Below the pieces are notes generated by a model. It saw only the letters and a program-made list of their open reading frames with translations, was not told the DNA's origin and searched no databases. A DNA stretch of 63,721 nt, filler included, from Welwitschia mirabilis (taxonomy: Eukaryota), in NCBI GenBank assembly GCA_051453625.1. It is 6 parts of one record of this genome, joined end to end, with 100 filler letters (N's around TTAATTAATTAA, not from the genome) between each part and the next. Parts side by side here need not be neighbours in the genome. Positions count along the whole stretch, not along the records: positions 51,563 to 54,102 come from JBOZIK010000001.1; positions 54,203 to 60,845 come from JBOZIK010000001.1; positions 60,946 to 63,721 come from JBOZIK010000001.1; 3 more parts are not named here. One strand, written 5' to 3'. Positions 51,563 to 63,721 of the stretch are shown piece by piece. The stretch's first letter is position 1. Each line of letters opens with the position of its first letter. The position numbers and the translations under genes are program-made.

Positions 51563-53750
51563 TCAATGAAAAGCTTAACTTCCTAAAGTGGTGACATTCC
51601 TGGTAATTCTATTATAAATATATCAAGATATTCTTGGACTATTGGTATATTATTTACTAAAGTTTCTTCTTCCTTTAAGGTACTTGATTTTAAGTCTAGC
51701 ATATAAACTAATGTTCCCCTCTTAATTTCTATTTTTATATGCTTTGCACTAATTAAATTATCCCCTGTTGATTTGTAATGATTTTGAAATATTATTCTGT
51801 GGTTGTGATTCATTATTTATACTTCACAATTTATAACTACTCTATTCTACATTAACCAATTAATATCCAAAATAATGTCATATTTTCTAAAGTTAATAAT
51901 AATTTATTATATATAAAAATCTCCCCCACTTATGGATAAAGTATAGTTTTGAACTTGGTGATTAACTTTACATATAGACTTATTTGTTAACTCTATGCAT
52001 CCTTCAATTAGAGCACAACATAAGTTTTATCTTACAATGATTCTAAGAGATATAAATCAATGTGATGCTCCAATCAAATAAAATAATTACTTTTTTATTA
52101 TTAAGTGAAGCCTTACCTTCTAAGACAAAGTTATAAAATTACACCCTTTGATTTTTTAGTGCTACTTGAACTTGTTCTATTGATTGAGAAATACTTTTTG
52201 ATTTTTAAGGCTTTTGCCTAGAAAGGTTTCTATTACATCATGTACATTTTCTTATGTTATAATTTCATTTACAATAGTAGCATTAATACCAATTATATTG
52301 GTTCTAGTACTGATATTGACTAGGAGTTTTCTAGAAGTTGGATCTTTGAGGTTGATTACTTGCATAACTTTAACTATGAACATTTTATTTTTTTTTTTTT
52401 ATTGAATGGAGTTTGTTCTAATCGATTAAAATTTCTATTTTTGCTAGTACAATTATTTACAGTATTTTTATTTAAGTTCTAATTCTTATTTTAATGAGAC
52501 ATTTGTGATTGATTTCCCTTAAGGATATGCCCCCATGGAGGAATTCGTTTCTTAATTTCTTATTATCTCTACCAATTTTATTTTGCTATATTTGCCTTTT
52601 CTATAGCCTCTATTAGACTCTTAGATTGAAACATGGATACTTTGGTAGCAACAAAAGGGAGGAGACTATCAATAAAGAGATTTGCTTTAGCTTCTTCATC
52701 TAGATGCATATGTAATACATACTTAATAATTCTACAAATTTTCACTCATAAGATGCTATGGTCACATTAGGAGCTTGTCCTAGATTGTAGAATTCTATAA
52801 TCTTATGGTAAATATAAAACTTGGTGATGNNNNNNNNNNNNNNNNNNNNNNNNNNNNNNNNNNNNNNNNNNNNNNNNNNNNNNNNNNNNNNNNNNNNNNN
52901 NNNNNNNNNNNNNNNNNNNNNNNNNNNNNTCCCTTAAGGATATGCCACCATGGAGGAATTCTTTTCTTAATTTCTTATTGTCTCTACTAGTTTTGTTCTG
53001 TTATCTATATCTTTTCTATATCCTCTACTAATCTCTTAGGTTAAAATATGGATACTTTGGTAGAAACAGAAGAAAGAATATTATCAATAAATAGATTTTC
53101 TTTAGCTTCTTCATCTAAATACATATGTGATACATATCTTAATAATTCTATAAATTTTCACTTAAGAGATGTCATGGTCACATTATGGACTTGTTTTAAA
53201 TTGTAAAATTCTATAACCTTTTGATGCATATAGAACTTGATGATGTAACTCTTCTTAAAGATGCTAAACTTCCATCAATAAAAGTTCTATATCTCCTAAC
53301 TTGGTCATTTCCATTTTCCATTATAGATTAGATTCTCTTGTAACATATAAATAGCTAAAGAAGCCTTTTTATATTCATCATATCCTAAGGTACTTATAAT
53401 AAATTTTTTAACATCACTTAGCCATGATTCTACTTTGAAAGGATCTAAACCTTCTATAAAATTTGGTTGATTTAGCTTAATAACCATTTGAATTGATTTC
53501 CTTATAACCACTTTCTGATATTGATTGATACCATTGTTTACTTGTGGTTTTTAACCTTGATTTACTATTTGTGATAGGAACGACATGAAGGTATTTATCA
53601 ATGCTTCTAGATGAAGGTTGGATAGGGGTTAATATTTGTTATTAAGTTACTGACTCTCTTGTAAATTCTCTTGATAATTATTACTTTGTCAAATTTCCCT
53701 GGACTCAATGTTTAACTAATGATGATGAGGCATCTGAAATAAGGGAAAAT
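51563..53750 (-). pseudogene. Tekay-type gypsy gag, protease and start of the RT linker
   Basis: PNFIEGLDPFKVESWLSDVKK..KASLAIYML (gag); LFD-GASH*FIS and DIILDINWL (protease); IPIVQEYLDIFIIELPGMSP. Confidence 0.85.
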
Positions 53751-54102
53751 TTTTATGAGGTTACATTTGAAAATTGAGTAGATACTATTAAAGGTTAAAC
53801 TTAAAAATATTTTCATAATCTTAAGAAGAACATGATTATCATTATGAGCTTATGGGTCCTTATTTATATCTTAAACTACAAAATCAAGTTTATCCCCTTT
53901 CTTTATTTTTAGTGGACAAGGATTATAAGTTATGAAGATGGGTCTTTACTTTAAATTTATGTGCCGATATAATTTAGGATGAATAACTTGGTTGGAAATT
54001 TGATTATTTTTAAGGGTATCTAATTATAAGGTATTATTTATGTATTTATATTTCTTACAAGAAGTTAAGCTTTTTAAAGAATCATATAAGGTCATTATCC
54101 TA

Positions 54103-54202
54103 NNNNNNNNNNNNNNNNNNNNNNNNNNNNNNNNNNNNNNNNNNNNTTAATTAATTAANNNNNNNNNNNNNNNNNNNNNNNNNNNNNNNNNNNNNNNNNN
54201 NN
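54103..54202. other. Synthetic scaffold-join linker
   Basis: 44N-TTAATTAATTAA-44N. Confidence 0.95.
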
Positions 54203-57200
54203 CTCTTTATTATCTTGAAAATCAAGAATTTGCTTATATATTAACCTACAAAACCACTCAAAATACCCTATCAAATATGTGTAAGTTGGCAGTGCAACAT
54301 AGTCTCCCATTTAGCCTTGTTAGTCCTTGACAAAGCCAGGTGGTAAACTATGTTTATAAGATAATATATTAAACAATAAAATAACTAAGATACTTAAGGA
54401 AATCATCTTAGAAATAATTTTAGAAATTACACAGATAAAAATTGGATCATAGACTCAAAAAAGATTTTTGAAATTAGGAACCTCTAATAAAATTTTTATT
54501 TTTATAAATAATCAATAAATGTAATAAAACAACCTCCCACTAAGTTAAACAGTAACGAAATAGAAAAATTGCCTTAGTAAAATTAACCCTCATCATAACA
54601 TGTAAAGACAATTATGAAAAACTAGGTAATAATCAACACATTATGTTAGAAAAATACTGTGTTTATAAAATTAAAGCATTTTTAGCACAAAAGTGCATAG
54701 AAGGGNNNNNNNNNNNNNNNNNNNNNNNNNNNNNNNNNNNNNNNNNNNNNNNNNNNNNNNNNNNNNNNNNNNNNNNNNNNNNNNNNNNNNNNNNNNNNNN
54801 NNNNNNNNNNNNNNNNNNNNNNNNNNNNNNNNNNNNNNNNNNNNNNNNNNNNNNNNNNNNNNNNNNNNNNNNNNNNNNNNNNNNNNNNNNNNNNNNNNNN
54901 NNNNNNNNNNNNNNNNNNNNNNNNNNNNNNNNNNNNNNNNNNNNNNNNNNNNNNNNNNNNNNNNNNNNNNNNNNNNNNNNNNNNNNNNNNNNNNNNNNNN
55001 NNNNNNNNNNNNNNNNNNNNNNNNNNNNNNNNNNNNNNNNNNAAATCTCTAATGGTCTCAGTGGTCTTAACTAGGAGAGCTTGAATCTTCTTAAGTGAAT
55101 TCCCAACTATAGGTCTCTATAGCTGAGGTCTCTATGTCTCTTCTAGAACCTATATACCCATTTCCTATAGATAGTGAGCTAAGTTTTGAATGTGTGATAA
55201 ACAATACTCATCCATGTGCTTCAATATCCTGAACCATCTAAAAAGTGCTAAGAGGAGGCATGAGTAAATAAGTGTCTAAAGCTGTCATGCATCTGGAAAG
55301 ACCCATCTACTCCCTCCGTTTAAATGCTAACAATACCTGTAAGTGTACTATCATACTATGACTATCGTAAAAAATGGACTAATGTTNNNNNNNNNNNNNN
55401 NNNNNNNNNNNNNNNNNNNNNNNNNNNNNNNNNNNNNNNNNNNNNNNNNNNNNNNNNNNNNNNNNNNNNNNNNNNNNNNNNNNNNNNNNNNNNNNNNNNN
55501 NNNNNNNNNNNNNNNNNNNNNNNNNNNNNNNNNNNNNNNNNNNNNNNNNNNNNNNNNNNNNNNNNNNNNNNNNNNNNNNNNNNNNNNNNNNNNNNNNNNN
55601 NNNNNNNNNNNNNNNNNNNNNNNNNNNNNNNNNNNNNNNNNNNNNNNNNNNNNNNNNNNNNNNNNNNNNNNNNNNNNNNNNNNNNNNNNNNNNNNNNNNN
55701 NNNNNNNNNNNNNNNNNNNNNNNNNNNNNNNNNNNNNNNNNNNNNNNNNNNNNNNNNNNNNNNNNNNNNNNNNNNNNNNNNNNNNNNNNNNNNNNNNNNN
55801 NNNNNNNNNNNNNNNNNNNNNNNNNNNNNNNNNNNNNNNNNNNNNNNNNNNNNNNNNNNNNNNNNNNNNNNNNNNNNNNNNNNNNNNNNNNNNNNNNNNN
55901 NNNNNNNNNNNNNNNNNNNNNNNNNNNNNNNNNNNNNNNNNNNNNNNNNNNNNNNNNNNNNNNNNNNNNNNNNNNNNNNNNNNNNNNNNNNNNNNNNNNN
56001 NNNNNNNNNNNNNNNNNNNNNNNNNNNNNNNNNNNNNNNNNNNNNNNNNNNNNNNNNNNNNNNNNNNNNNNNNNNNNNNNNNNNNNNNNNNNNNNNNNNN
56101 NNNNNNNNNNNNNNNNNNNNNNNNNNNNNNNNNNNNNNNNNNNNNNNNNNNNNNNNNNNNNNNNNNNNNNNNNNNNNNNNNNNNNNNNNNNNNNNNNNNN
56201 NNNNNNNNNNNNNNNNNNNNNNNNNNNNNNNNNNNNNNNNNNNNNNNNNNNNNNNNNNNNNNNNNNNNNNNNNNNNNNGTCCTGTAACTTACCATAAGCA
56301 TCAAGTCAACTCTCAATATGCATGATGTCATAAAATTACCTCCTCTTTAAAATATAATACAATTAATGCGCATCTGTAATCCATATAAGCCATAAATTTG
56401 TAAGTCTATGATCTACCTCTAGCTCCATATGACTTATAAAATCTTTAAAGTATTACTTGAAATGAATAGTAGTTTGTATAATCATAAAAAGTCCATGCCG
56501 AGGTGGTAGATGTGCAGGCTCTACATCCTCAATTTTAGGCTTAACTATAGGAATCACTTCCTACTATATTGCCTTTGTCTTAGCCTTGACCTAACTAGAT
56601 CTTCATATATGGGGCCTACTTAATTGGAAACACAAAAAATATCATGTGAAAATAGAAAGACATATCAAAAACGTCGCATGGATGTGCAATCACGACTCAT
56701 GAAAATCGATGAAAACTATAAAAAATTGCTATACATATGTCTTGCCCTTCTAAAATTTACAATGCATTCCAAATTTTCTAAACATGAGAAGAAAAATAAG
56801 AAATACACAAAAAGGTGAAAAACTGTGTTTTAAGTGGGCCTCACATGTAGTGAAAATTTAAAGTGCTCAAATAAAAAATATAATTTAGTAAAATTATTGA
56901 ACACATCAAACTGATCAATTTTTCCTAAAGGATTACTACATTTTAACCTACGGTTTGAGAGAAAATAAGTGTGAGAGATGGAAATTTTAAAATATTTCAT
57001 AAAATGAACAATTACTTATAACTCAAAAAATACATGGTGAAATTTAAATCCGTGAGTCCCAAATTGAAGAGCATGAAAAACTAAGCAATATACATGAAAA
57101 CTGCACATCAAAAGGCTGAAAAATGGGAGAAAAAATTGAAAAATAGGAGGAGAGAAGAAAATACCTCATTTTTGAAAATTTAGTGAAATCTCATGAATCT

Positions 57201-58859
57201 AGATATGAAATTAGATGGGAAAAAATTCAAAACACTAGTACAATCCAAAGGGGTTGTTGTCTCTTAAAGGAACAGGTGAAAACAATGCAGAAACAAGGAA
57301 AAATAATTTAGGTGATGGTTATATTACACTATCGTTTAGTTGCATTGTCTAGACAACAGCCTTAGAACAACTCTTAGAAAAAATCAAACTGTCATCCTCC
57401 CAGTGTTGTCTGGATGACTAGGTGAATAATAGTGCATTGAAAGGGTTTTTAGAAAGTAAAAAATCAACCAATAAACTTAGGCTCAGATATGATCATTTAA
57501 GTATTAGATTTTAACAGAAAAACTAAGAAAGATAGAAATAATAAAGAAAACTAGGAAAATCAAGAGAAAAGAATAAACTCATAAGAAAAAAAAAACTATG
57601 GCTAAAGAAAATAGGCTATTTAGATTGAAAACCCATTAATAAAACCTAAGTAAATATGCCCAAATAGAAAAAAAATAAGATAAACTTAGAACTCCATAAC
57701 CTACAAGGGAACTTATAAAAACTAGGAAATGAAAAAGATGTTCTTTTTAATTTTCAAATGCTTACTAAAAAATGATATAACATGAAAGAATAGCAAAAAA
57801 AGCTACTAAATGATTAAGGTCCTATAAAAGAATGAGAAAATGCATAAATGAATTTAAAATAACAAATTTAAAAACTAAAGAAACACAGAATGAAAATGGA
57901 CATAAGGAAGAAGAAGAAGTTGTTTACCTATCCTAAGTACTAACGTAGCAAACTTCTAAGGAAGATATCATAAATCCACCTAAGTAAATATGTATAACAA
58001 AATGTATAAACTTCATAAAGTTTCACTTAAAAAGGTAGTGATTATGGTGATACCCAAAAATTTAAGTTCTTAGAAAAATGAATGTCAAGATAAAAAGTTA
58101 CTTAGAAATGAACTCACTTGCTCTCACTATAAATACATTTGAATATTCAAAACTAAAATGACCAAGTGGAAATACTAAGAGTCTAGGAAATAAGCAATGC
58201 TTCTGATGACATTAGAAACATCACTGATTCCATAGTCTTAAAGTTTGTTATAACTTTTTTCCATGATGAGAAAAGTACAACCACTATCAGAGGAGTAGGG
58301 ACCCGCAAAGCATAGCCAACTAACATCCCAGTGGCGTTCCCATAGCTGCCAACATTGTCAAAAATTCCTTTTAGAAAAATTCACCCTAGTATGGTAAAAT
58401 ATCACAGTGATCATGTGTTTTCCTTGAAATACAAAATATAATAGATAATTGTCATTATTTTTCTTTTTTTTCTTTTTTTATTAAAAATTCTCACATGATC
58501 ACATACTCAAAAATACAAAGGTAAATAAGTGAGATAAAAGATTAAAAAAATTACTTCCAAATAAGCCAAGATCTTAACACCTTGAAAAAAAGCACAAAAA
58601 CTAAGATATCTTTCTTTAAGTGAAGTCCATAGACATGTAAATGTCTCAAGATTAGGTGAATCCAATCTTACCACTATAAATGCCCAAGTATGAATACTAT
58701 TCATGAAACTTCATAAAGCAATACATAAGTGAAGTTTAAAAGATAATCAGATAACATCATAATATCAACCAAAGAAGTAGGCTAAGAAAGAACTTAGATA
58801 ATAATAGGAAGGAAGTTCTCCTCATCAAGGGGAACCTCCAAAATAAGTGCTTCTACTAT

Positions 58860-61800
58860 ATTCATGATTGCATCTAAAAATCCTTCATATAACTTTAATC
58901 ATTGTCCATTAACTTTCTAAATCTCTCTAGTCTCTAAGTCTAGAATATTAACTGAGAAAATAGGATGAACTTTCTCTATAAGATAAGGACCTAACCATTT
59001 GAAGGTCAACTTTTTGTTCAAAAGATGAACTCTAGCATTGTATAACAATAAGTTGACTAGGTTTAAATTTTTTATGAAATATCTTTTTATCATGTTTGAA
59101 CTTAGGTTGGGCTTTATGGATTAATTAATGATGTATGATATGAGTTTATTATTCATCAAGATGATATAATTTGATTAATCTTGTTTAAGATCTTTATGAA
59201 GGTCCATAAGATTAAGTTGATGAAATGCATAATAAGAAGTATAACACACAACAACAGGTAATATATAAACTTGATCATACACAAGTTTATCAGGTGAAAA
59301 ATAAAGATAAGTATGCCAAGTAATACGGTAAGCCTAAAATACATCGTTAAGTTTAGAAGCTCAAGACTTTTAATTAACAAAAACAAGTTTTTTATAACAT
59401 TTTCTTTATTTCTCTATTAGCATTTTTAGCCTATCCATTAGTTTGAGGATGACAAGTATAAGCTACTGTATGTTCTATACTAATGGACAAAAGAATTTTC
59501 TTAAAAATATAATTTATAAAAATGAGTACCTTGATCATTAATAATAACTCTAGCAAAACCAAATNNNNNNNNNNNNNNNNNNNNNNNNNNNNNNNNNNNN
59601 NNNNNNNNNNNNNNNNNNNNNNNNNNNNNNNNNNNNNNNNNNNNNNNNNNNNNNNNNNNNNNNNNNNNNNNNNNNNNNNNNNNNNNNNNNNNNNNNNNNN
59701 NNNNNNNNNNNNNNNNNNNNNNNNNNNNNNNNNNNNNNNNNNNNNNNNNNNNNNNNNNNNNNNNNNNNNNNNNNNNNNNNNNNNNNNNNNNNNNNNNNNN
59801 NNNNNNNNNNNNNNNNNNNNNNNNNNNNNNNNNNNNNNNNNNNNNNNNNNNNNNNNNNNNNNNNNNNNNNNNNNNNNNNNNNNNNNNNNNNNNNNNNNNN
59901 NNNNNNNNNNNNNNNNNNNNNNNNNNNNNNNNNNNNNNNNNNNNNNNNNNNNNNNNNNNNNNNNNNNNNNNNNNNNNNNNNNNNNNNNNNNNNNNNNNNN
60001 NNNNNNNNNNNNNNNNNNNNNNNNNNNNNNNNNNNNNNNNNNNNNNNNNNNNNNNNNNNNNNNNNNNNNNNNNNNNNNNNNNNNNNNNNNNNNNNNNNNN
60101 NNNNNNNNNNNNNNNNNNNNNNNNNNNNNNNNNNNNNNNNNNNNNNNNNNNNNNNNNNNNNNNNNNNNNNNNNNNNNNNNNNNNNNNNNNNNNNNNNNNN
60201 NNNNNNNNNNNNNNNNNNNNNNNNNNNNNNNNNNNNNGCCTTTCTGCTTTATTTATGCTAGTCAAGTTAAATTCTTGTATGAGGAGGATCCATCTAATCA
60301 AACATACACTAGAGTATTTCTTAATTATGAGGTAATGAATAACAATGTGGTCAGTGTAAATATTGGTATGAAAGCTTACAATATAATGTCTAAGAGAAAC
60401 AAGGCAAAAAATAATGGCTAGCATCTCCTTGTCTATAGTGCTATAATTCATTTGAGCTCTAGACAAAGATTTACTATGGTAAGATATAACTTTAAAATCA
60501 TTTTTATATCTCTAACAAAGAACCCCATCCATAACAAAATTTCTTGCATCACACAAAAGTTCAAAATATTTTTTCCAATTGGGTCCCATTACTGTAGGAG
60601 CATAAGAAAGTTTACATTTAAGCCTATCGAAAGCAAGCTTACAAGATTCATTCCATTTAAATTTGGCTTCTTTTTTTAGTAAAGAGTGAAGAGGTTTACA
60701 AATATTGGCATAATCATTAATAAACTGATGGTAAAAATCACAATGACCAAGAAAAGATCTAACCTATTTAACATTTGTAGGAGGATTTAGATTTTGAATA
60801 ATATAAACTTTTGAAGCATACATCCTAATCCCTTATTTTGAGATANNNNNNNNNNNNNNNNNNNNNNNNNNNNNNNNNNNNNNNNNNNNTTAATTAATTA
60901 ANNNNNNNNNNNNNNNNNNNNNNNNNNNNNNNNNNNNNNNNNNNNAAAAATACACAAGTTGTCTAATTTCGATTGGTCATCAAACATTATTATTTCATGA
61001 AGCATGGATCATCTTTTCTCAAGTGGACAGTGCTATAAAAACAAGGTTGACCTAATTTCTTTCTCCACACTCAAATCATTTCCTAAGTCTTTTTTGGCTG
61101 CATCAAAAACTCTTATTAAAGACTTTTTATTTCCAAAATAGTACTCCATTAACTGGTTTTTATATCTATAATACAGTGGGATATTTCATAAAAAGCTCTA
61201 CCTAGAAGTAAAGGATANNNNNNNNNNNNNNNNNNNNNNNNNNNNNNNNNNNNNNNNNNNNNNNNNNNNNNNNNNNNNNNNNNNNNNNNNNNNNNNNNNN
61301 NNNTTAATGGTTTCTTCATAAAAGTATCAGTTAGTTCTAAATAATCCATGTAGTTTATACTCTTTCTTTCAACCCAAGTCTCTAACAAATATATAAGGGC
61401 ATGATGTTGATACTAGTTCCAAAATCAATCAAGGCTTTCTTAATCCTATAGTTTCCTTCTAAAGTAACACTTACAATTTCTACCCCCAGATATTTAAACT
61501 TTGGACATTTTTGACAAACTAAGCTATTAACAGATTATGCTCGGAGGACTTTGCTAGGGAGGNNNNNNNNNNNNNNNNNNNNNNNNNNNNNNNNNNNNNN
61601 NNNNNNNNNNNNNNNNNNNNNNNNNNNNNNNNNNNNNNNNNNNNNNNNNNNNNNNNNNNNNNGATTATGCTAGGAGGACTTTGCTAGGGATGGTATATTT
61701 TTGTTTCCTCCTAATCATGTCTTTCCACAACTTAGAATATTTTGGGTTATCTTGTAAAAGTTTCCAAAATGGCAAGTTAATGCTTACATTTTGCATTAAG

Positions 61801-63430
61801 GATTTTAGATGATCATTAAAAATAAGATTTGTAGCAGGTTTCTTATGTGAAGAATTTTTCTTTTTGTCATTTAATAGAGAAGGAAAAGCATGATTTTCTA
61901 AGATTTTTATATCCTCTTCTTCATTATTTTTATCACTTTGTAATGTTGAGGCCTCATGAGTGGGAGAAGTTGTATCATTTACACTTCTTATCATCATCTT
62001 ATACTCTTTTCTAACTTTGTTTAGGTCTGATAAAGCTTGAGTGGTAAGAGACCATTATGGTCTTTAGTTAGTGAGCATAGTTTATTATAAAATACTAACA
62101 AGATTTTCAATGCTGGAGTTTGTATTTTCTTATGTTTTTCTTAACTTCTTAATGAAATTTCTAAGAGGATTACTTTAGTTTTGGGAGTTGGATGAGCTTG
62201 CTTGATTGGTTGAGTTTTAGATTGGAAGTTCATGCTCCTAAATATCTTCTTAAAAGTTGGAAGTTAGGATGGTATGTTTAAAAATTTTTAAAGTTGGGTT
62301 GTTCAATCATCCTAAGTTCAAATTTGTTGTGATTTTGGACTTGTCTTTGGTTTTGATTTTGGTTGTAGATGGAGGACCTCTGATTGAAAGTACATACTTC
62401 CTCATAAATTCTATCTTTAAGTTGGAAGTAAAGGATATTCTTTGGTAACATGATAACTATCCTTACACAAATTATAGGTAGGAGATACAACTACACTCTT
62501 CTTGGTTACTACCTTTACATCTAGAATCATCTGAGTATACTTTTTCAAGATTAAAGTGAAATCCTTTATGACATTGGTTGGTTTATTTTTGGTTCTTATT
62601 TCATTTTTCTCATGTTCTACCTCCTCAAGATCTTTAATGGTTTGGCCTATAGTTTTGTTTTCTTTAAGTTAGGGTTTAGGCCATGTTTGACTCACTTCTA
62701 CCAATTGTTTTAACACTTTCCAAGCATTTTTTAAGGTTAGGTTTAATAAGTTATCTTTATAAGAAAAGTCTACTAGTTGCTTTATGTGATTGTTTAGTCC
62801 ATTATTAAAGTAGTCTACTAGTTCTTCCTATGAAAAGGCATCTACAGGGTTTGAATGTAAAGTACCAAAGAATCTCTTATAAGTAGAGGTATAGTATTCA
62901 TTAGGCATTTGTTATAAGTTGGTAACTTCTTTCTTACATTTTTAGATGGTATTTCCACTTATAAATATCTTTATGAAGGCTTCTTAAACTTGAATCCATG
63001 ATTTTAAGCTTTTGTGGGGAATTAATTTTAACCATTATTTAGCCTTATCTTTTAAAATAATGGGGAATATGACCATATAGGTTTTATCACTTATGTATTT
63101 TTTACCATCTCCAAAAGTGAGCACTAATTATTCTATGTCGGCAGTGTATTGTAAGGGATTTTTATCGAGTTCTTCACTAAAAATCAGATATGAATTTAGG
63201 TTTCTTAGTTTAACATCATTACCAGAAGATAAGTCAAATGGGATTTGGATTTTACATTTCTTACTTGCAATCAGATCTCTAAGGGTGACATAGGCATTGA
63301 TACTAACAAGTGTGGTTATAAGGGTTCCAATGACAAGAGGTGGATTTGATAAGATAGGTTGCTTTTGTTTTTGAGACAAGGTAGACATGATTAAAAATGA
63401 AAAACTCTCATTTATACAATCATCCAAAAA
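58860..63430 (-). mobile_element. Decayed Athila-type gypsy gag-pol (central RT lost at a scaffold join)
   Basis: Gag: IFPIILKDKAK*WL. Protease: KALIDFGTSINIMPL, PLLLGRAF. RT end: RSFLGHCDFYHQFI. RNase H: AQMNYSTIDKEMLAIIF..YTDH..LIRWILLIQEFNL. Integrase: FGFARVIINDQGTHF, KWLGPY..KVNGQ*LKLY. Confidence 0.88.
60846..60945. other. Synthetic scaffold-join linker
   Basis: 44N-TTAATTAATTAA-44N. Confidence 0.95.
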
Positions 63431-63721
63431 CTTTTTTTTAGCAAAATTAGACTATGAAGAAATGAAAGTAAATATTGAAAGAATTTATAAATTTTGTGTA
63501 CCTTTGCTATACTTACTGTGTTAGTTTCTAGGTCAATCAAACCTTTTCAGATATTTTCCTCAATAAATAACCACTTTCTCTAGTATTTTTATTTCTTGTC
63601 AAATTTTACCATATATGCTCAGTATCAAATGCATAGAGTATCATCCCTGCAGTTGTCCAGATGATAGTCTAGATGATAAAAATACAAAAACTACAAAAAA
63701 AAAAGAAATAAGAAAAAATAG

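Noticed and set aside
55308..55323. TACTCCCTCCGTTT resembling a Stowaway MITE terminal repeat
   Set aside because: No partner inverted repeat is visible (a gap follows), so a single short match cannot be supported.
101..60466. Long ORFs in the track (e.g. 8687-9520, 11748-12818, 19790-20764, 21586-22629, 55324-56325)
   Set aside because: They are mostly X residues translated from N gaps.
63641..63665. Possible PBS for the right-hand Athila element
   Set aside because: Minus-strand TGGACAACTGCAGGG does not match a PBS I recognise, and no LTR can be confirmed at the window edge.

Overview
AT-rich, CpG-depleted plant genomic DNA (angiosperm inferred from Sirevirus elements) from a gappy draft assembly. 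There are many N runs, plus five synthetic 44N-TTAATTAATTAA-44N joins. I find no intact host gene, RNA gene, CRISPR array or prokaryotic system. The window is a nest of decayed retrotransposons: (i) a minus-strand non-chromovirus Ty3/gypsy element whose integrase is split by (ii) a near-complete Sirevirus (SIRE/Maximus) Ty1/copia element at 5364-15439 with LTRs, PBS and a decayed TSD; (iii) a cryptic minus-strand Sirevirus LTR-gag piece; (iv) an Athila-type integrase fragment; (v) a ~4 kb Tekay-type solo LTR with TSD, whose sibling is the 3' LTR of a chromodomain-bearing Tekay element at 44-49 kb; (vi) an L1-type LINE interrupted by a third Sirevirus; (vii) a Tork/Tnt1-like copia RT-RH-LTR; (viii) Tekay gag-protease; and (ix) an Athila gag-pol. 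All coding remnants are broken by stops or frameshifts. The most noteworthy signals are the atypical gypsy lineage, pervasive C>T/G>A decay that extends beyond CpG, and diverged duplicate segments flanking 100-N gaps. I cannot support a claim of a novel biological system. All domain calls are from motif recognition by eye, not database searches.
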